From NCBI GenBank assembly GCA_964522375.1, contig CAZFVB010000001.1, forward strand, positions 33,041-97,040: 64,000 nt of DNA. Direction: 5' to 3'. The position numbers were made by a program, and so were the translations under genes. Source of the stretch: an uncultured Chloroflexota bacterium (GTDB taxonomy: Bacteria > Chloroflexota > UBA11872). Within the stretch, counting starts at the first letter, position 1; each line of letters begins with the position of its first letter. The notes beneath the pieces were generated by a model that ran no database searches, was not told where the DNA came from, and saw nothing but the letters and a program-made list of their open reading frames with translations. Positions 38,563 to 47,468 of the stretch are shown here, one piece after another.

Positions 38563-40785
38563 TTAAGAAGGAGATTTGATCCGGACAAATTCGGAAGATA
38601 CACCCGATGGGTTTATGGCAACGATTACCCATGATGTGTTCGATATTTCTGAGCTGTCTTTTCTCACAAGTGCTTGGTGAAGACCAAAGGCATGCGTTCG
38701 GTCTTCATGTAGCTTGTGGGCTATGCCGGTGTGTATATCGATAGCCCATACCGTGAGGTTTGTTCCGGCTGTTCCGGCCCCTATTCGAACAACGTCTTGC
38801 CCCTCTTCTACTACAAAAGCAGAGGCCACCAATGGTCGTTCGGTGGTGCCAGGGGCCTCATCAAGGATGAATTCGAGACGTGTGTGTGTCTTGCTCTCGT
38901 GTGTACGCACGGGTGCAAGTGAAGAACCAAGATCAGGATGGATTGCAATTAGCTGGACAGGTTCCGATGTTGGGGCTGCGAACGGATCAGGGATTTTCAT
39001 TGAGAATGCACCGCTGCTATCTGTCCATGCGGATGTTGCTGAGCCGGATCCGGTGGCTATGACAAGAGCTCGTTGTGCTGGTGCGCCTGACTTGATGCGA
39101 ACACTACCAACAATATGTTGTTTTTGATGAGGGCGGGAACTCAGCGCGTTGGCAATGTCGATACGTTCTTGCAACGGGATATTACGCGCATGTGACACGT
39201 CAATATTTGTGCGAGTTTTCCCTAGTAGATTTGGTGTATTGGCGGTTGCAACGAGATGTCCATGGCATTGAGCACATGACGAGCTGTACGTGCTTACGCC
39301 GCGTTCCGTCGTCGGAAGCGACGGTAATCCACGTATGGGGTCAGCAATCACAACCAGCCCGTAGGCAGGTAGTGGTATGTCAGTTCCATTGAACCATCCT
39401 TTTTTCCATGGTGTGCTGGCGCTGGTGCTGATGTATTGGCCGGGAGCTACACCTGTGATTCGAATTGTCCGGGGCGCATCAGCAAGGTTCACGACAGCGA
39501 GCCTGGGTCCAGAATGTGAGCGAATCGCGAGCGCATCGAGGTCATCGGTGTGAATTACGACGCGGGCGAGTTGTCCGGTTCCGCCGACAAAGCGCCGGAC
39601 AAGCTGGAGAGCTTGGAATACGGGGCCTGGTTTGTCGGTAAGAGAGCTTGACCAGAGTCCAAAATCCGGCTCTCCGCGCGGAGAGAGTCCTGACGGATCA
39701 CGGGTGCCCTTGTAAACCAGTAAGCCACTTGCTCCCTGGCGTACGGCACGAAATGTTGCTGATGTTAGAAAGGCTCCATTTACTGGTGCGTCGAGTAGCG
39801 GATCGACTGCGAGATCACCATTGAGGTTGATCTCCTCTATGTAGTTCGGCCTGCCGTTGGCAATCTTTGTCGTGACGTATACGCGATCTTCAAACCAGTT
39901 AAGTCTGTTAGTGAGTACATCATGCGGCGTTGTTTCACCTATTTGGAACATGCCGTACCAGTGCCAACTTAAAAAGTCTGGGGCTACTTCACCGTCAACT
40001 GCTCGAAGGTAGGCTTCCCAATCAAGGTCTGACGCAGTCCCACAGACGTAAGTTCCAGACGGGTTCCTCGTAGCTCCAGAGTCAATTGCGTCAAGGGAGG
40101 GGCCACCAAGTGAGATCACGCTACGGCCAAACCGGGCATCTACAGCTGTCCTGGTCGCTGAGTATATTGCGGAATAGTTTGATCCTTCACCGCACGCATA
40201 CCGAGTCCCCGCATTCTGGTGGTTGTTGGGCTCATTCCATACCTGGTAAGGCCACCTCAAGGCGGCATCGCCAAATCTATTCTTTAGTTGTTCTATGGCG
40301 TTTGCCACGTAAACGCCAAATTCTCTGTTGCCAATCGAATCTAGCGATTCGCTCTCGTGCTGGGAACTCGGAGCACCGCTAGTGGAAACAATCCACTGTG
40401 GTGGGCTAACGAAGCTAATCAGGGGTTCGGCACCAGCGTCGAGGACTTTTTGGACGAACGTGTGCAGCAATTCCCAATCAATATCGTTGGTAGTAGAGCT
40501 TTGAACAGCCGTTCCGAGGAACCGGTGACCGACCCATACTCGGACAAGGTCCGAGCCAAGTTGACTTGTTCGATCAATCCCGCCATCTCGATATAGATCG
40601 AAAATCTCATTGGTTCCGAGTTTAAAATCCAGTTCTCTTGCCAGCCCCGTCGAAGGTTTGTCGAAGTCGACGAGAATGTCAGGGGCGTTGCTTCCACCGA
40701 GCGTTATCGTTAAGACAATAAACAGGGTTGCCAGTGCAGTGGCACGACACCAAGTAGCCCCTATTCCCGGCAGAGTATTGAGCAC
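38563..40785 (-). CDS. Secreted multi-domain glycoside hydrolase (clan GH-A TIM barrel, GH39/GH5-like) with C-terminal cytochrome-c-like CxxCH module and beta-sandwich domains
   Basis: 740 aa. N-terminal signal/anchor. Clan-A acid/base motif VWNEPNN and SWHWYG. A downstream segment SSCAQCHGHLVATANTPNLLGK carries a canonical c-type haem-binding CxxCH and resembles class I cytochrome c. Gly/Ser-rich beta-type C-terminal domains follow. Confidence 0.5.
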   Translation of the reverse strand: MLNTLPGIGATWCRATALATLFIVLTITLGGSNAPDILVDFDKPSTGLARELDFKLGTNEIFDLYRDGGIDRTSQLGSDLVRVWVGHRFLGTAVQSSTTNDIDWELLHTFVQKVLDAGAEPLISFVSPPQWIVSTSGAPSSQHESESLDSIGNREFGVYVANAIEQLKNRFGDAALRWPYQVWNEPNNHQNAGTRYACGEGSNYSAIYSATRTAVDARFGRSVISLGGPSLDAIDSGATRNPSGTYVCGTASDLDWEAYLRAVDGEVAPDFLSWHWYGMFQIGETTPHDVLTNRLNWFEDRVYVTTKIANGRPNYIEEINLNGDLAVDPLLDAPVNGAFLTSATFRAVRQGASGLLVYKGTRDPSGLSPRGEPDFGLWSSSLTDKPGPVFQALQLVRRFVGGTGQLARVVIHTDDLDALAIRSHSGPRLAVVNLADAPRTIRITGVAPGQYISTSASTPWKKGWFNGTDIPLPAYGLVVIADPIRGLPSLPTTERGVSTYSSSCAQCHGHLVATANTPNLLGKTRTNIDVSHARNIPLQERIDIANALSSRPHQKQHIVGSVRIKSGAPAQRALVIATGSGSATSAWTDSSGAFSMKIPDPFAAPTSEPVQLIAIHPDLGSSLAPVRTHESKTHTRLEFILDEAPGTTERPLVASAFVVEEGQDVVRIGAGTAGTNLTVWAIDIHTGIAHKLHEDRTHAFGLHQALVRKDSSEISNTSWVIVAINPSGVSSEFVRIKSPS

Positions 40786-40790
40786 GCTTA

Positions 40791-41798
40791 TTACGCGTTA
40801 CTTATTTGTTCGCGTGTGCCGGATGCTGAGGATTGGCGGATCGCTTCTATCACTTGTAGGAGATGCACACTTTCTTCTGGAGGTGATTCATTCACGGCCT
40901 TACCGTTTACCACTGCCAAGAAATGGGCGTCTGGATTTGTCCCCTCGGGAAGATTGGTGACTTCGGAAATGGTTGGCGTTTCGCCTTTTCGTGCGTCGCT
41001 TTCTTGCGTGATCAACTCGACGCCCCCGGATGCCCAATCTGCACGAACCGACCCATGTTCAGCAGTGACGGAAAGCCTTTCCCAGAACGTGTGCCCTGAG
41101 CCCATGATCGAGAGCGTACCGATTGATCCGTTGTCGAAGAGCAGTGTGGCTGCGCCGTCAACCTCCACTTCTTTCCCATATTCACGCGTCCTGGCGTCAA
41201 CCTCTGTTACACGCAAGCCCGTAGTCCATAGCAGCATGTCCATCAGGTGACTTCCGGAGTCACTGAGTTGCCCCCCTCCACCAAGAGCCATTGATTGTCG
41301 CCATGTGCCTTCAGTGTTCAGGAGCCATTCTTGAGCTTGCGTTGCCTGAATGTGGGTCACGTCACCGAGCTTTCCGCCAGCCAGTTGTGCGCGCATGTAT
41401 CTGTAGCCGGGACTAAATCGGCGTTGAAAGCTAACCACCACGTGTTTGGCTTGCTTTGCGGCATGTTCTGCAATCTCACTCGCGAGTTCTGGGGAATGCG
41501 CCAACGGTTTTTCACAGAGCACATGAGCGTTGGCATCCAGCGCGCCCATCACGTGTTCGTGGTGCAGTGTGTGGGGGGTAGCGACGAGAACAGCGTTTGG
41601 ACTAGCGGATTCGAGAAGTTGTTGCCATTGGGAATATGTTTGTGTGGTCGATAGGCCGTCTACTTTTGATCGAAGGGCGGTGACGGCTGTTTCGGATGGG
41701 TCGGCTAAACCGACGATATCAATGTCGGGCATGGACAGGAAGCGTCTGACATGGCCCGCGGAAATGTTGCCTGCGCCGATTATGCCGAGTCTAATCAA
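40791..41798 (-). CDS. Gfo/Idh/MocA family NAD(P)-dependent oxidoreductase
   Basis: N-terminal Rossmann MIRLGIIGAGNISAGHV and the family EKP motif (LCEKPLA). Confidence 0.7.
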   Translation of the reverse strand: MIRLGIIGAGNISAGHVRRFLSMPDIDIVGLADPSETAVTALRSKVDGLSTTQTYSQWQQLLESASPNAVLVATPHTLHHEHVMGALDANAHVLCEKPLAHSPELASEIAEHAAKQAKHVVVSFQRRFSPGYRYMRAQLAGGKLGDVTHIQATQAQEWLLNTEGTWRQSMALGGGGQLSDSGSHLMDMLLWTTGLRVTEVDARTREYGKEVEVDGAATLLFDNGSIGTLSIMGSGHTFWERLSVTAEHGSVRADWASGGVELITQESDARKGETPTISEVTNLPEGTNPDAHFLAVVNGKAVNESPPEESVHLLQVIEAIRQSSASGTREQISNA

Positions 41799-41879
41799 TG
41801 GAAAAAGCCTTAAGGACTGCTAAGTCGGGAGCGGAGTCTAACGCTATTGGCGTAGCTAGTGTTCCAGAGGGCTAGCCGT

Positions 41880-42182
41880 TCAGGCGTCTCGTGTCGTGGG
41901 ATCACCTGGACGAAATTGGCCGCCATACGGCAATGGGAGTCGATCAACGGTCTCTCGAAACTCCCCTTTGCCTTTCAGGAGATCATGGACGTCCCAGCCT
42001 TGTGCTTCCAGTTGTTCCAGTACGTACGCCAATTCGTATTTCTCACCGGTAGATTCGTCGACGAAGTGCTCAGCCCAGCCAATTTGGTGACGTGGGATGG
42101 TGAAGCTTCCTTCACCCGAATGTCGTGGAATTTCGAATCGGAACTCTGAAACTCGTATGTGTTTAGGGGAATCTTTCGTCAT
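41880..42182 (-). CDS. Hypothetical protein (100 aa)
   Basis: ORF in the gap between the oxidoreductase and the methyltransferase. No recognisable motif. Confidence 0.25.
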   Translation of the reverse strand: MTKDSPKHIRVSEFRFEIPRHSGEGSFTIPRHQIGWAEHFVDESTGEKYELAYVLEQLEAQGWDVHDLLKGKGEFRETVDRLPLPYGGQFRPGDPTTRDA

Positions 42183-42247
42183 GTAGTTCTTATCCAGAAA
42201 GCATTGCTGTGGGAGTCAGGTCTGACCAATTTTCGGGGGAGTGGCGC

Positions 42248-43147
42248 CTATGTGTCAACGGAGGCGCTCCTACCTACCACAATAAGGATCTGTGAACTGG
42301 GCGTCCATGGCTCTCGCTCGTACGATCCATAGATGCCGTCGACATCTAGTCCTGCGTCCGCAAATTCAGAAACGATGTCTTCACGTGAAACGAGGGCCAG
42401 ACTGTATCCCAAGCGACGTTCACAAACCATCACTTGGTTTTTGTAAAACCGATAAACCAATGTGCTTTGTCCCCGATTGAGGTCGCTGTTATGAGAGTAA
42501 AAACGTTCGCGGGTGACGCGTAGGCCGGTCGACGGGTCACGTTCGAGAAATTCTATTTCTTCATGATCAGGTTCGGCATCGAGCGGGACGGCTGCGAACA
42601 CGTCGACAGCAACTGCACCTCCTGGTCGCACATGGCGTGACGCGTTGCGTAATGTGTCGATTCTTGACTCTTTGTCTGGTAACAGAAGGTATGAGTTGAA
42701 CCCAACGAACGCTAAATCGAATATTTGGTCAACTCGACACTGTTCCATAGATCCGTGTTTGAAGTTCAGACGCTTCTGAACTGGAGACGGTAACAGTGAC
42801 GTCTTGCTGTGGGCTTGATCAAGCATGCGTTGGGACGAGTCGACGCCAACCACTTGGAAGCCATGACGAGCAAGAGGAATAGCGATACGCCCGGTTCCAA
42901 CGGCAAACTCAAGAAGTCTAGATCCAAATTTCTTGCTTTCGTTCACCCAGAATTCAAGTTCCGTACCCGTGCATTCTTCGTATTCCATGTCGTAGACGGA
43001 AGATGCGGGATCATAACCAGTCTCTTGAAACCCAGTGTTTTTAGGAGGGCCATTCAGGTCCTGTAACCGATAGGTTTCGCTAACCTGTGTCAGGTCGTGG
43101 TTATGAGCCGGTAGCTCTTGTGGTTTCTGGAGCTTTCGATAAGCCAT
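42248..43147 (-). CDS. Class I SAM-dependent methyltransferase
   Basis: Motif I LEFAVGTGRIAIPLARHGFQVVGVDSS and a post-I acidic residue. 299 aa. Confidence 0.65.
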   Translation of the reverse strand: MAYRKLQKPQELPAHNHDLTQVSETYRLQDLNGPPKNTGFQETGYDPASSVYDMEYEECTGTELEFWVNESKKFGSRLLEFAVGTGRIAIPLARHGFQVVGVDSSQRMLDQAHSKTSLLPSPVQKRLNFKHGSMEQCRVDQIFDLAFVGFNSYLLLPDKESRIDTLRNASRHVRPGGAVAVDVFAAVPLDAEPDHEEIEFLERDPSTGLRVTRERFYSHNSDLNRGQSTLVYRFYKNQVMVCERRLGYSLALVSREDIVSEFADAGLDVDGIYGSYEREPWTPSSQILIVVGRSASVDT

Positions 43148-43171
43148 GGGTTCGCCTGGTTTGGCTTAAGC

Positions 43172-43906
43172 TCAATTGCCTGCATAATTGAGCGGGTGAT
43201 CGGCAAGTTCTTTTTCCAGGTTCGCATGGTCTTTCACGCTATCCATCCCCCGCCATCGAGCTTCAGACTTGAATGCTCCTAAGAGGCCTCTGCTCGCCAA
43301 GTCTGGAAAGGTACTGTCTTCGTGGTCACCAATTTCGGGTAGATGGTCTTCAAATGCTCGGTCAAGCACGTAAATTCCGCCATTGATCCAGTGCGGAAGC
43401 ACCGGGTTGGTAGCAAAGTTTGAAACTTTTCTTCCTTCCAATTCCACAATTCCAAATTGGCTGATGTATGGGGCAAGCAGGATCGTCGCCATGTTCCCAT
43501 CGGCTCGATGTTGCGTGAACATCGAATCCAGATTTTGCTCAGTAATGATGTCAGCGTTCGAGGCAAGCACGAGTTCGTCGCCACGCGGGACCTGCTGCAT
43601 GCCTTGGCGTAGTCCTCCACCACGACCTAGTGGGGAATGTTCGATCGCATAAGTTATTGGAGCCCCGAAGTCAGACCCGTTGCCAAAATGGGCCTCGATA
43701 ACCTCGTGCAAGTAACCACAGGAGATTACGAAGTGGTCCACTCCTTGTTCGAGATACCATTCCATCTGGTGCTGCATGATGGGTTTCCCTGCGACCGGGA
43801 CCATTGGTTTGGGCACGTTTGCTGTTAGAGGTCTAAGGCGCTCGCCGCGACCTCCGGCGATCAAGACGGCGTACACAAACACTCTCCTAGTTAGAGGCAA
43901 CAGCAC
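43172..43906 (-). CDS. Sugar-phosphate nucleotidyltransferase (glucose-1-P thymidylyl/mannose-1-P guanylyltransferase-like)
   Basis: N-terminal LIAGGRGERLRPLTANVPKPMVPVAGKP matches the NTP_transferase signature G-G-x-G-x-R-L. Confidence 0.7.
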   Translation of the reverse strand: MLLPLTRRVFVYAVLIAGGRGERLRPLTANVPKPMVPVAGKPIMQHQMEWYLEQGVDHFVISCGYLHEVIEAHFGNGSDFGAPITYAIEHSPLGRGGGLRQGMQQVPRGDELVLASNADIITEQNLDSMFTQHRADGNMATILLAPYISQFGIVELEGRKVSNFATNPVLPHWINGGIYVLDRAFEDHLPEIGDHEDSTFPDLASRGLLGAFKSEARWRGMDSVKDHANLEKELADHPLNYAGN

Positions 43907-43944
43907 TCTGCGTCTAATTATATGTTCAGCTAGCTATTACGGTC

Positions 43945-44352
43945 TTATTGTCTTTGGCTGCGTAGTTCAACCACGTTTCCGTCCGGATCTCTGAAGTAGA
44001 GAGAACGACCGTTGCTATCGTCAATTGGCCCGTCGGTTTCGACGTCCAGTTGGCGGATAACATCGATGGCCCTTTCAAGCTCATCGTCCGTAACAGTAAG
44101 GGCCAGGTGTTGTATGCCAAGGTTTCGCCAGTCACGAACGCTATTTGCAGGGCGTTTTTCAGGGGCCTGAAATAGGTGTAGAGAGAAGTTGGGTCCTACT
44201 AACACTTGTTTGAACAGTGATCGGGAACCCTCGGATAGACGGAGAGCCAGCGTATAAAACGAACAGCTTTTAGAAAGGTCACTGACATTTATTGCGACGT
44301 GATCCAGGCGCGTTGCTTGGAGTGGTCGTGGTCGGTCGTAGATCGAAGTCAT
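43945..44352 (-). CDS. VOC family protein (glyoxalase/bleomycin resistance/dioxygenase fold)
   Basis: 135 aa. N-terminal RLDHVAINVSDL and a C-terminal YFRDPDGNVVEL motif typical of the glyoxalase fold. Confidence 0.6.
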   Translation of the reverse strand: MTSIYDRPRPLQATRLDHVAINVSDLSKSCSFYTLALRLSEGSRSLFKQVLVGPNFSLHLFQAPEKRPANSVRDWRNLGIQHLALTVTDDELERAIDVIRQLDVETDGPIDDSNGRSLYFRDPDGNVVELRSQRQ

Positions 44353-44607
44353 TTTCTGATAGGTCGGGAGTTATCGTCACCGCCTATCGTGGCACGCTGA
44401 TCTGGCTATGTCTTGCGCCAACGCGCGTATTGTGTGTTGTGCTGTGATCTTGAGACCAGGGTTTGAACAAGTCGTCGATGCATCCAATTATTCGTGGTTA
44501 GGAAAAGTAGATTTGTTGTGCAGTGTGCGTATGCCCTGTCGCTATAGCACTATATGTGGTATGCATTCCCATGTTTGTTGTTGGATTTCGAGCCGGGAGC
44601 ATGTGCA

Positions 44608-45252
44608 GTGCGTTGTCCATCCTGTGAATCACCGAGCCTTCAGGTTGTTGATTCACGTGAAGCGGCTGATGCAATAAGGCGTCGACGTAAATGTCAGGAT
44701 TGCGGCCATCGCTTCACAACATACGAGCGTCGTGGTGTGTTCAACTGTCCGAGATGCCTAGAGAACGATAGTCGTGTTGAAAAGACAATGCCTATTGCAG
44801 GTGGGACGGAGCGACGTCGTAAATGTGGGGGCTGTGGATTTGTTTATGAAACACATGAGCGTTTGGCCGGACTGGAGGTACATGTCCTAAAGGCTAATGG
44901 CAGACGTGAAAGATTCCATCGCGGAAAGTTGTATAGGTCTGTGATGGTGGCAGGCGCCAAACGTGATATTGAGAGCGCCTGGGCGGAATCGGTGGTTAAC
45001 GAAATAGAAAATACGATTGGTGAAGGGGGGCAATCAGAGGTTTCGTCAAAGGTGATCGCGCGAATGGTTATGGAGCGTGTGGTAAGGCAGGATGAAGTCG
45101 CGGACGTTCGATATGCATCAAGTTATTTTGAAGCGGGCGGTATACCTGAAATGCTGGACGTAATTAATGAGACGCGGCATCGACGTGAACAAACTGAGAT
45201 AGAGCGAACGAATTTACGGCTGGTTCCTAGCGAAGCATCCTCACAGGATTGA
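44608..45252 (+). CDS. nrdR: NrdR-type transcriptional repressor with duplicated N-terminal zinc ribbon plus ATP-cone
   Basis: First ribbon CPSCES..VVDSRE..RRRRKCQDCGHRFTTYER. A second, diverged ribbon CPRC..DSRV..RRRKCGGCGFVYETHER follows. Then an ATP-cone (VHVLKANGRRERFHRGKLYRSV...). The start is set at GTG (VRCPSC) with GGGAG upstream. The listed ORF begins 18 codons earlier. Confidence 0.7.
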   Translation: MRCPSCESPSLQVVDSREAADAIRRRRKCQDCGHRFTTYERRGVFNCPRCLENDSRVEKTMPIAGGTERRRKCGGCGFVYETHERLAGLEVHVLKANGRRERFHRGKLYRSVMVAGAKRDIESAWAESVVNEIENTIGEGGQSEVSSKVIARMVMERVVRQDEVADVRYASSYFEAGGIPEMLDVINETRHRREQTEIERTNLRLVPSEASSQD

Positions 45253-45304
45253 GTGTCGAAATATGAAGGCAGTTTGCATCGTCGTTTCTTATTAGCTGGA
45301 TGAT

Positions 45305-46498
45305 GTGACGATGGGTTTATCGAGGTTTTTTGTTCTAGCGGGCATTGTCTTGGGCCTCTTGGGTTTTGTTTTGGTTGTTCGAGATCAAGTGGGTTTTGGT
45401 GTTCGTGTTGCGGCAGCCCTTGCCAAGGTGGTTCCGGGAAGTCCGAGTTCTGTGCTTGAGTTAGGCCCGGCTCCACGTGTCACCACGATCGGCTACATCA
45501 CGCGTGATGGCTACGAACTAGAGGCTGATGTTTACGAGCCCGTTGGTTTCGATCGCCTTCCGGCTGTGGTTCTAGTCAATGGTGTTGAACCAGAGGGAAG
45601 GAAATATTCCGCGTTGGTCGAGCTTGCTGACGGATTGTCTCGAGCTGGATTTGTCGTTTTGGTCCCCGACGCTCTTGATTACGCTAATTATCGGGTCTTG
45701 CCACAAGACATAGGCGCGCTTGTCCGTGGATTTCAGATTCTTCAAGGGCGGAAAACTGTCGACATGGACAGGGTCGGTTTTGTTGGCTTTAGCATGGGCG
45801 GCTCGCTAGCGATGGTAGCTGCGGCTGATCCTGAGATCGTGGACGAAGTGCAGATGGTTGCGGCTGTTGGTTCTTATTTCTCATTGGAGGCGATGATTCA
45901 GGCTGTGACAACAAAGACAGTTCGAACCCCTAATGGAAACGAATTCTATGAGCCTGATGATTACGTATGGCTTATTACTCGGAACACGCTGGTTTCGCAG
46001 GTTCGAGATGCGGATGATCGTTCCGAACTATTCAGGATTTTTTCTTTGCCGTCCTCCCAGCCCAATCCAGAGGCGATTCATACGTTCGATCCCCAAGGTC
46101 TTGGTGAGCAAGCCCGAAGCGTGTACGTCATGCTCACAAATCGTGAGCCCGATTCGGTGAGACCTTTAGTCTCTAAAGTACGGGAGCTAATGCCCGGTGT
46201 TTTTGAGTCGATTTCACCCAAGTATCACCTCGACCGAATCACTGCTTCCATCTCTCTGTTGCACGATAGAAATGATCCGTATGTTCCGGTACAGGAGTCG
46301 GGTAGGACGTTTAAGATGGTCGGAGGATCGCCACGTGCGCGTTTGGAAATTCTCGACGTCGTGCAGCATGCTGAGCTCGTCGCTCCAGATCTTTCGCCGC
46401 CCGTGCTCTTTGGCTCGTATATTCCAGGCATGTGGAAATTGTTTCGATTTGTGTTCGACTCACTTCATGGGCTTGTAGAAGCACGTGCGACGGCTTAG
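45305..46498 (+). CDS. Membrane-anchored alpha/beta hydrolase (dienelactone hydrolase/peptidase S9-like)
   Basis: N-terminal TM helix FFVLAGIVLGLLGFVLVV. Nucleophile elbow GFSMGGSLAM. Asp/His region near the C-terminus. Confidence 0.55.
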   Translation: MTMGLSRFFVLAGIVLGLLGFVLVVRDQVGFGVRVAAALAKVVPGSPSSVLELGPAPRVTTIGYITRDGYELEADVYEPVGFDRLPAVVLVNGVEPEGRKYSALVELADGLSRAGFVVLVPDALDYANYRVLPQDIGALVRGFQILQGRKTVDMDRVGFVGFSMGGSLAMVAAADPEIVDEVQMVAAVGSYFSLEAMIQAVTTKTVRTPNGNEFYEPDDYVWLITRNTLVSQVRDADDRSELFRIFSLPSSQPNPEAIHTFDPQGLGEQARSVYVMLTNREPDSVRPLVSKVRELMPGVFESISPKYHLDRITASISLLHDRNDPYVPVQESGRTFKMVGGSPRARLEILDVVQHAELVAPDLSPPVLFGSYIPGMWKLFRFVFDSLHGLVEARATA

Positions 46499-46529
46499 AT
46501 AAGCAGGGTCGATCTTTTACTGCTTGGGT

Positions 46530-47468
46530 TTAGTGGATGGGCTGAACGATCCTGAGTTCCGTGATGTCGGCTGGAGCGTTGACCCGAAATGGGAGGCCTA
46601 CTGTGCCTACGCCAGCTGAGATAACTAGCGGCCGACCTTCGACGTACATTAGGCCACACGGTTTTGGCAACGGATAACGAGTTCTCAGGGTCAAAGGTCC
46701 GACGATGGGGGGTACGATTTGTCCTCCGTGAGTATGGCCACTGAGCGTTACGTCAGCCCTGAATTCTCCAAGTAACGAGGCCCCATCAGGGTTGTGCGAG
46801 ATGAAGATGGTGAACTTTTCTGAGTTGGCCTCGGCGAAAGCTTGGTCAAGGTCATCAAGTCCCACATGAGTGTCGCCAATACCGACTATTTGTATCTTTG
46901 CTCCACGGACTGACAGACCAACAAGCCTATTTGTAAGAGTTTGGATCTCATGGTTTTCCAGAACCCTCTCCATTGCCGCGAGGGGGCGTGCTTCTCTGGT
47001 AATCCATTTCGGTTCCCGGTTCTTAGGAGGACCGAAGGCGTCATGATTACCCCAAACTACAAACGTTCCGTAGCGCGCATTTATTCGTTTTAGCCTTCTC
47101 GCCACATCAGGAACATAATCATCTTTTTCCACGAGATCTCCAGCCACAACTAGAAGATCTGGTCTTGTTCCCGCCAGGCTGTCGAGTGTTGACAGGGTTG
47201 GATCACGGTGGCTCTTGACATGCAAGTCTGAGATCAGCGTTATCTTCAGTTCATCCAGACTTTTTGGCAGCGATGCAAGGGGGAGCGTAATGGCTCGATG
47301 TCGAATATCGGCCGCCCGAAGGGGCCCAATCGCCGTTACCCACCCCACGAAAACCGAAATCAACCCGAGTATGTTTCTAGCCCCCACGATTTTTAGACGC
47401 GGAATACTATTAGCCAGTGGCGGAAGTGTCGTGATGAGCAAACTCGCCCATTTCACGAAACTTGGCAT
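46530..47468 (-). CDS. Membrane-anchored metallophosphoesterase (calcineurin-like)
   Basis: Motifs ISDLHV, VVAGDLVE, VWGNHD and GHTHGGQ. N-terminal TM segment. The start is ambiguous. ATG at 47468 overlaps the accA 3' end by 59 nt. An alternative GTG at 47387 avoids the overlap. Confidence 0.6.
   Translation of the reverse strand: MPSFVKWASLLITTLPPLANSIPRLKIVGARNILGLISVFVGWVTAIGPLRAADIRHRAITLPLASLPKSLDELKITLISDLHVKSHRDPTLSTLDSLAGTRPDLLVVAGDLVEKDDYVPDVARRLKRINARYGTFVVWGNHDAFGPPKNREPKWITREARPLAAMERVLENHEIQTLTNRLVGLSVRGAKIQIVGIGDTHVGLDDLDQAFAEANSEKFTIFISHNPDGASLLGEFRADVTLSGHTHGGQIVPPIVGPLTLRTRYPLPKPCGLMYVEGRPLVISAGVGTVGLPFRVNAPADITELRIVQPIH

Noticed and set aside
44608-44870. NrdR zinc-ribbon duplication as an assembly artefact
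   Set aside because: The two DNA copies are strongly diverged and share only short stretches, and the reading frame is continuous. A collapsed or expanded repeat would be near-identical.
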